A stretch of DNA of 27,494 nucleotides from Spirochaetia bacterium (GTDB taxonomy: Bacteria; Spirochaetota; Spirochaetia; CADAEX01): positions 1 to 27,494 of the forward strand of contig JAZNLX010000203.1 in assembly GCA_045579325.1 (NCBI GenBank). The letters are read 5' to 3'. Made by a program: the position numbers and the translations under genes. The notes under the pieces are model-generated. The model searched no databases, was not told the origin of the DNA, and saw only the letters and a list, made by a program, of their open reading frames with translations. Shown here one piece after another: positions 24,812 to 27,494 of the stretch; position 1 is the stretch's first letter; each line of letters opens with the position of its first letter.

Positions 24812-26254
24812 TCAGCCCCTCCCCATTATTGTTACAGGCTGGATCTTTACAGCCAGAGATACAGGATAAATCCAGGACAGAGCTCCTACCACCGCCGCCC
24901 CCGCAAAATGCATGAGTATGTTTTTCAGGGTTACCGCAGGCTGAAGCCTGTCCCCGCCGAACATGGTTATCAGAAGATCGTTCTCCAGGGCAATTCCTCC
25001 CGAAAACGACAGGGCAAACAGAACACCGAGGATAATTCCCACGGTTGAAGCCACCAGAGTCAGTATCATGGATTCGGAAATGAAAAGCATGCTTATAAAC
25101 GGCTTTCCGGCACCGATTCCTCTCATGGTTCCTATTTCATAGCTTCTTTCCAGTACGGAAATGACAAGGGCGTTCATTATTACCAGAACCGCACCTATGA
25201 TTATGAAAATAATACCTATATTGAATGCTGCCTGAAGGGCAAACACCATCTGGGCACTCATGCCGGCGCCGCTTCTCCACCCTCTGGCATTGACACTCCA
25301 GTGGTTTTCCTCTGCCATACCGGTAAGCTCCTTCCTGAGCTCCTTGATATCGTCTGTCTTGAAAAGGACAAAACTCCAGGCTGTGGAGGAGGCTTCTGTG
25401 ACAGCATCCCGGTCTGTGGTATCTGCAAGAATGGTTTCAATATCGCTGAGAGAAAAGGATTCCTCTGTTTCCACAGCCGTATCTTCGGCATCGGCAAACA
25501 GATCGTCAAAATCAAAGCTTTCCTCAGATTCTGTTTCCTCGCTCTTTTCTGCAACTGTATTTCCGGCAGTGTAATCAATGAGCCCCCGGACTATTTTAGG
25601 GTCTGCAAGAATAATGGCATCGAAAGGAGCCCCTTTGTTCACGTATCTGTGACATCCGGCAAAAGTTCCCTTCCTGATCTTGAAGCTGCCGTTGGAATAA
25701 AGGCTGAGCTTGATTTCCTCTCCGATTTCCAGGCTGCGACCAAGCTTTGCTTCCGCTTTCTGAAGAAGAGGCTCGCAGATAAATATTCCCCCTGAAGAAA
25801 TATCGGCAGTATTTCCCTTGACTGTCTCAACTCCGGAACAGACTTCGAAATAACTTTCCGGATCTATTCCGAAAACTGCGGCAGTTCCTCTGAATTTTCC
25901 TGTTTCCACGGCAGCTGCGGCCGCCACGACAGGAGTATAGCTTTCTGCATTTGACACATGCTCAAGAGCACTGTTTATTTCGGCATATCCGGGAATGGAA
26001 GGAATAACTTCGTAATCGTCTACCACGGGAATCTCATTTCCGAAAAGGCTGAACGCGGTTTCGCTCTCTGCTGCCAGCACCACATCTCCGGTAAGGCTGT
26101 TCACAAAGGAATCCCTTACCCCCTTGTCCGCACTTTCAAAGACTGAATTGGAAAAGAAAAGGAAAGCAACTCCCACTGCAATCAGGGTTCCGAGAAGAAG
26201 AGTCTTCCGCTTGTTGCGGTAAAGGTTTCTGAGAGCAAGCTTTAAAATCAACAT
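24812..26254 (-). CDS. ABC transporter permease, FtsX/LolE/MacB family, with acidic insert
   Basis: LALRNLYRNKRKTLL, MNALVISVLERSYEIGTMRGIGA, YPVSLAVKIQPV. Acidic stretch EKSEETESEESFDFDDLF in the periplasmic domain. Confidence 0.9.
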   Translation of the reverse strand: MLILKLALRNLYRNKRKTLLLGTLIAVGVAFLFFSNSVFESADKGVRDSFVNSLTGDVVLAAESETAFSLFGNEIPVVDDYEVIPSIPGYAEINSALEHVSNAESYTPVVAAAAAVETGKFRGTAAVFGIDPESYFEVCSGVETVKGNTADISSGGIFICEPLLQKAEAKLGRSLEIGEEIKLSLYSNGSFKIRKGTFAGCHRYVNKGAPFDAIILADPKIVRGLIDYTAGNTVAEKSEETESEESFDFDDLFADAEDTAVETEESFSLSDIETILADTTDRDAVTEASSTAWSFVLFKTDDIKELRKELTGMAEENHWSVNARGWRSGAGMSAQMVFALQAAFNIGIIFIIIGAVLVIMNALVISVLERSYEIGTMRGIGAGKPFISMLFISESMILTLVASTVGIILGVLFALSFSGGIALENDLLITMFGGDRLQPAVTLKNILMHFAGAAVVGALSWIYPVSLAVKIQPVTIMGRG

Positions 26255-27117
26255 TGTGCTTTATACTGCCTGATAAATTCCTCGTAATCCTCATAAGGAG
26301 AGGTATAGGTAAAGATACGGTAAGTCGGTTTACCCAGCCAGTAACCGTAAAGATTGTACTTTTCCGCCAGGCTTCCGTCTCCGAAAGCTTCTTTTTTTAC
26401 GGTAATTACCGGACAACGCCTGTCCCCTATCAGGTATTCTTCCGGAATGTTGCTGCAGATAAGGTCTGAAACCCGGTCTATCCGTTCCCTGAACTGATTC
26501 AGATCCAGATTCCTGAGAACCTTGATAAAATGCTCGAAAATAAATGTAGGGGCGGTACTCGGTATCTGGAACTGCTCCGCAAATTTCCTGTAGCGGGCCA
26601 GATTGAGATATGAACATACATCCTCATCCACAAAATTCTTCCATTCATCCCGTTTTACACAAACCACGGCCAGCCCGATATAGGATGCAAGCTGCTTGTT
26701 GAGACATGTGCAGAAGGCCTTGGTTCCCTTTGGGATATCGTAATACGGAAATGCGCTTACGGCATCTACCACGCCGTTTTCCTTGTAGAAAGGGGTGGAA
26801 TTGCTTGATTCCAGACGGCAGAACATCTCTGCCTCGGGAAAGGATTCATCCCGCAGGTAATTTTTCAGCATGCTTGTCCACTGTTCCCTGAAATGCCCTT
26901 CGTTTCCGATTATCTTAAGTCTGTAGTTCATGGAATACATGATGGCTTCGATTCCGACGGTGGCACTGCCAGGAATAAAGAGGACATCATAATCCTCAAG
27001 ACCGAACTTAAGGGTAAAAAGTTCACGGAGCTCCTTGAACTGGTCAAAAAATTCCTTGTCCCTGTGGGAGCTGTGTATTCTTACAGAATCTGAAAAATAT
27101 GAATTTGGTCCAAACAT
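26248..27117 (-). CDS. Compact class V (fold type I) PLP-dependent enzyme, AEP-transaminase/phosphoserine-aminotransferase-like
   Basis: Start re-assigned to the ATG at 27117 (TAATG coupling; 289 aa). FGP, SHRD..F, LFIPGSATVGIEA, RLESS, VVDAVSAF (PLP Asp) and CLNKQLASYIGLA (PLP Lys). Confidence 0.8.
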   Translation of the reverse strand: MFGPNSYFSDSVRIHSSHRDKEFFDQFKELRELFTLKFGLEDYDVLFIPGSATVGIEAIMYSMNYRLKIIGNEGHFREQWTSMLKNYLRDESFPEAEMFCRLESSNSTPFYKENGVVDAVSAFPYYDIPKGTKAFCTCLNKQLASYIGLAVVCVKRDEWKNFVDEDVCSYLNLARYRKFAEQFQIPSTAPTFIFEHFIKVLRNLDLNQFRERIDRVSDLICSNIPEEYLIGDRRCPVITVKKEAFGDGSLAEKYNLYGYWLGKPTYRIFTYTSPYEDYEEFIRQYKAQC

Positions 27118-27494
27118 TACAATTCTTCCCTGACCGAAACCATAAAATCCGCAATCCGTCTGCCGGCCTCCCCTCTGTGCTGCCATGCCTGATTCTTTGC
27201 ATCCAGCCTTTTTCTGCCTGCATCCGGGTCTTCGGTCATTCCCTCTATTATATTTTTTATCTCTCCGAAATCCTCTTCGCGGAGTTCCTTTCCTACATCA
27301 GGAAGAACCCTGAACTGCCAGAGTTCCCTTGGCACCTTTCCCGCATCGTAAGGACGGGCATCAAAACGGCCGATTACCGAAAGAAACGGCTTTTCCCGCA
27401 GAAAAGCATAATCCAGGGTAATACTGGAAAAGTCCGAAATCATTATATCAGCTTTTGAAAGAGAAACAATATTGTCAGGGGCAAAATCCCACTT
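27117..27494 (-). CDS. CDP-glycerol glycerophosphotransferase (TagF/TagB) family protein, C-terminal part, 5'-partial
   Basis: The frame is open to the window edge: KWDFAPDNIVSLSKADIMISDFSSITLDYAFLREKP matches the aD.lISDySS..fdy...KP motif of the family. Confidence 0.75.
   Translation of the reverse strand, partial: KWDFAPDNIVSLSKADIMISDFSSITLDYAFLREKPFLSVIGRFDARPYDAGKVPRELWQFRVLPDVGKELREEDFGEIKNIIEGMTEDPDAGRKRLDAKNQAWQHRGEAGRRIADFMVSVREEL

Noticed and set aside
26248-27117. Firm call of a phosphonate (AEP) biosynthesis cluster
   Set aside because: PEP mutase and phosphonopyruvate decarboxylase, which are required, are not visible in the window. It is kept only as a hypothesis.
1-27494. 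CRISPR arrays, rRNA, intact tRNA, transposases/integrases, toxin-antitoxin or defence genes
   Set aside because: None recognised. The window is almost fully occupied by coupled CDSs and the only sizeable non-coding gaps are 1975-2330 and 20771-20832.

Overview
Bacterial DNA, probably from a spirochete. This is inferred from the 'FFSC/LFSC' lipoboxes and the LolA-like/FtsX-permease/beta-barrel cluster and is not proven. Three blocks are present. (1) 1-~2310: an AT-rich block (about 32% GC in hand-counted 60-bp lines, versus 45-50% to the right). It carries a 5'-truncated ViaA-like vWA gene, a terminator-like hairpin and a 26-nt initiator tRNA-Met fragment that starts exactly at the anticodon loop, which looks like an integration (att) scar. 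(2) 2331-20770, minus strand: one tightly coupled 18-gene operon (largest gap 16 bp) for a Wzx-dependent surface glycan with phosphodiester-type modification. The order is Wzy/ligase-like protein, initiating phosphoglycosyl transferase, Ugd, CCT-like cytidylyltransferase, UDP-GlcA epimerase, two Thr-nucleophile alkaline-phosphatase-superfamily enzymes, LicD, Wzx, LicD, GT25 and two GT4. It ends in a duplicated [porin-like beta-barrel + CotH-kinase lipoprotein] module and DUF4956. (3) 20833-27494: a LolD-like ABC ATPase on the plus strand, sharing an overlapping divergent promoter with block 2. It converges on a minus-strand operon of a TagF-like transferase (partial), a compact class V PLP enzyme, two FtsX/LolE-like permeases, a LolA-like protein and a beta-barrel. 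The best candidate for an undescribed system is a cell-envelope phospho-glycoconjugate pathway that combines cytoplasmic CDP-aminoalcohol chemistry, extracytoplasmic CotH kinases paired with porins, and a Lol-like trans-envelope exporter. All family calls come from motif recognition by eye; no database search was run.
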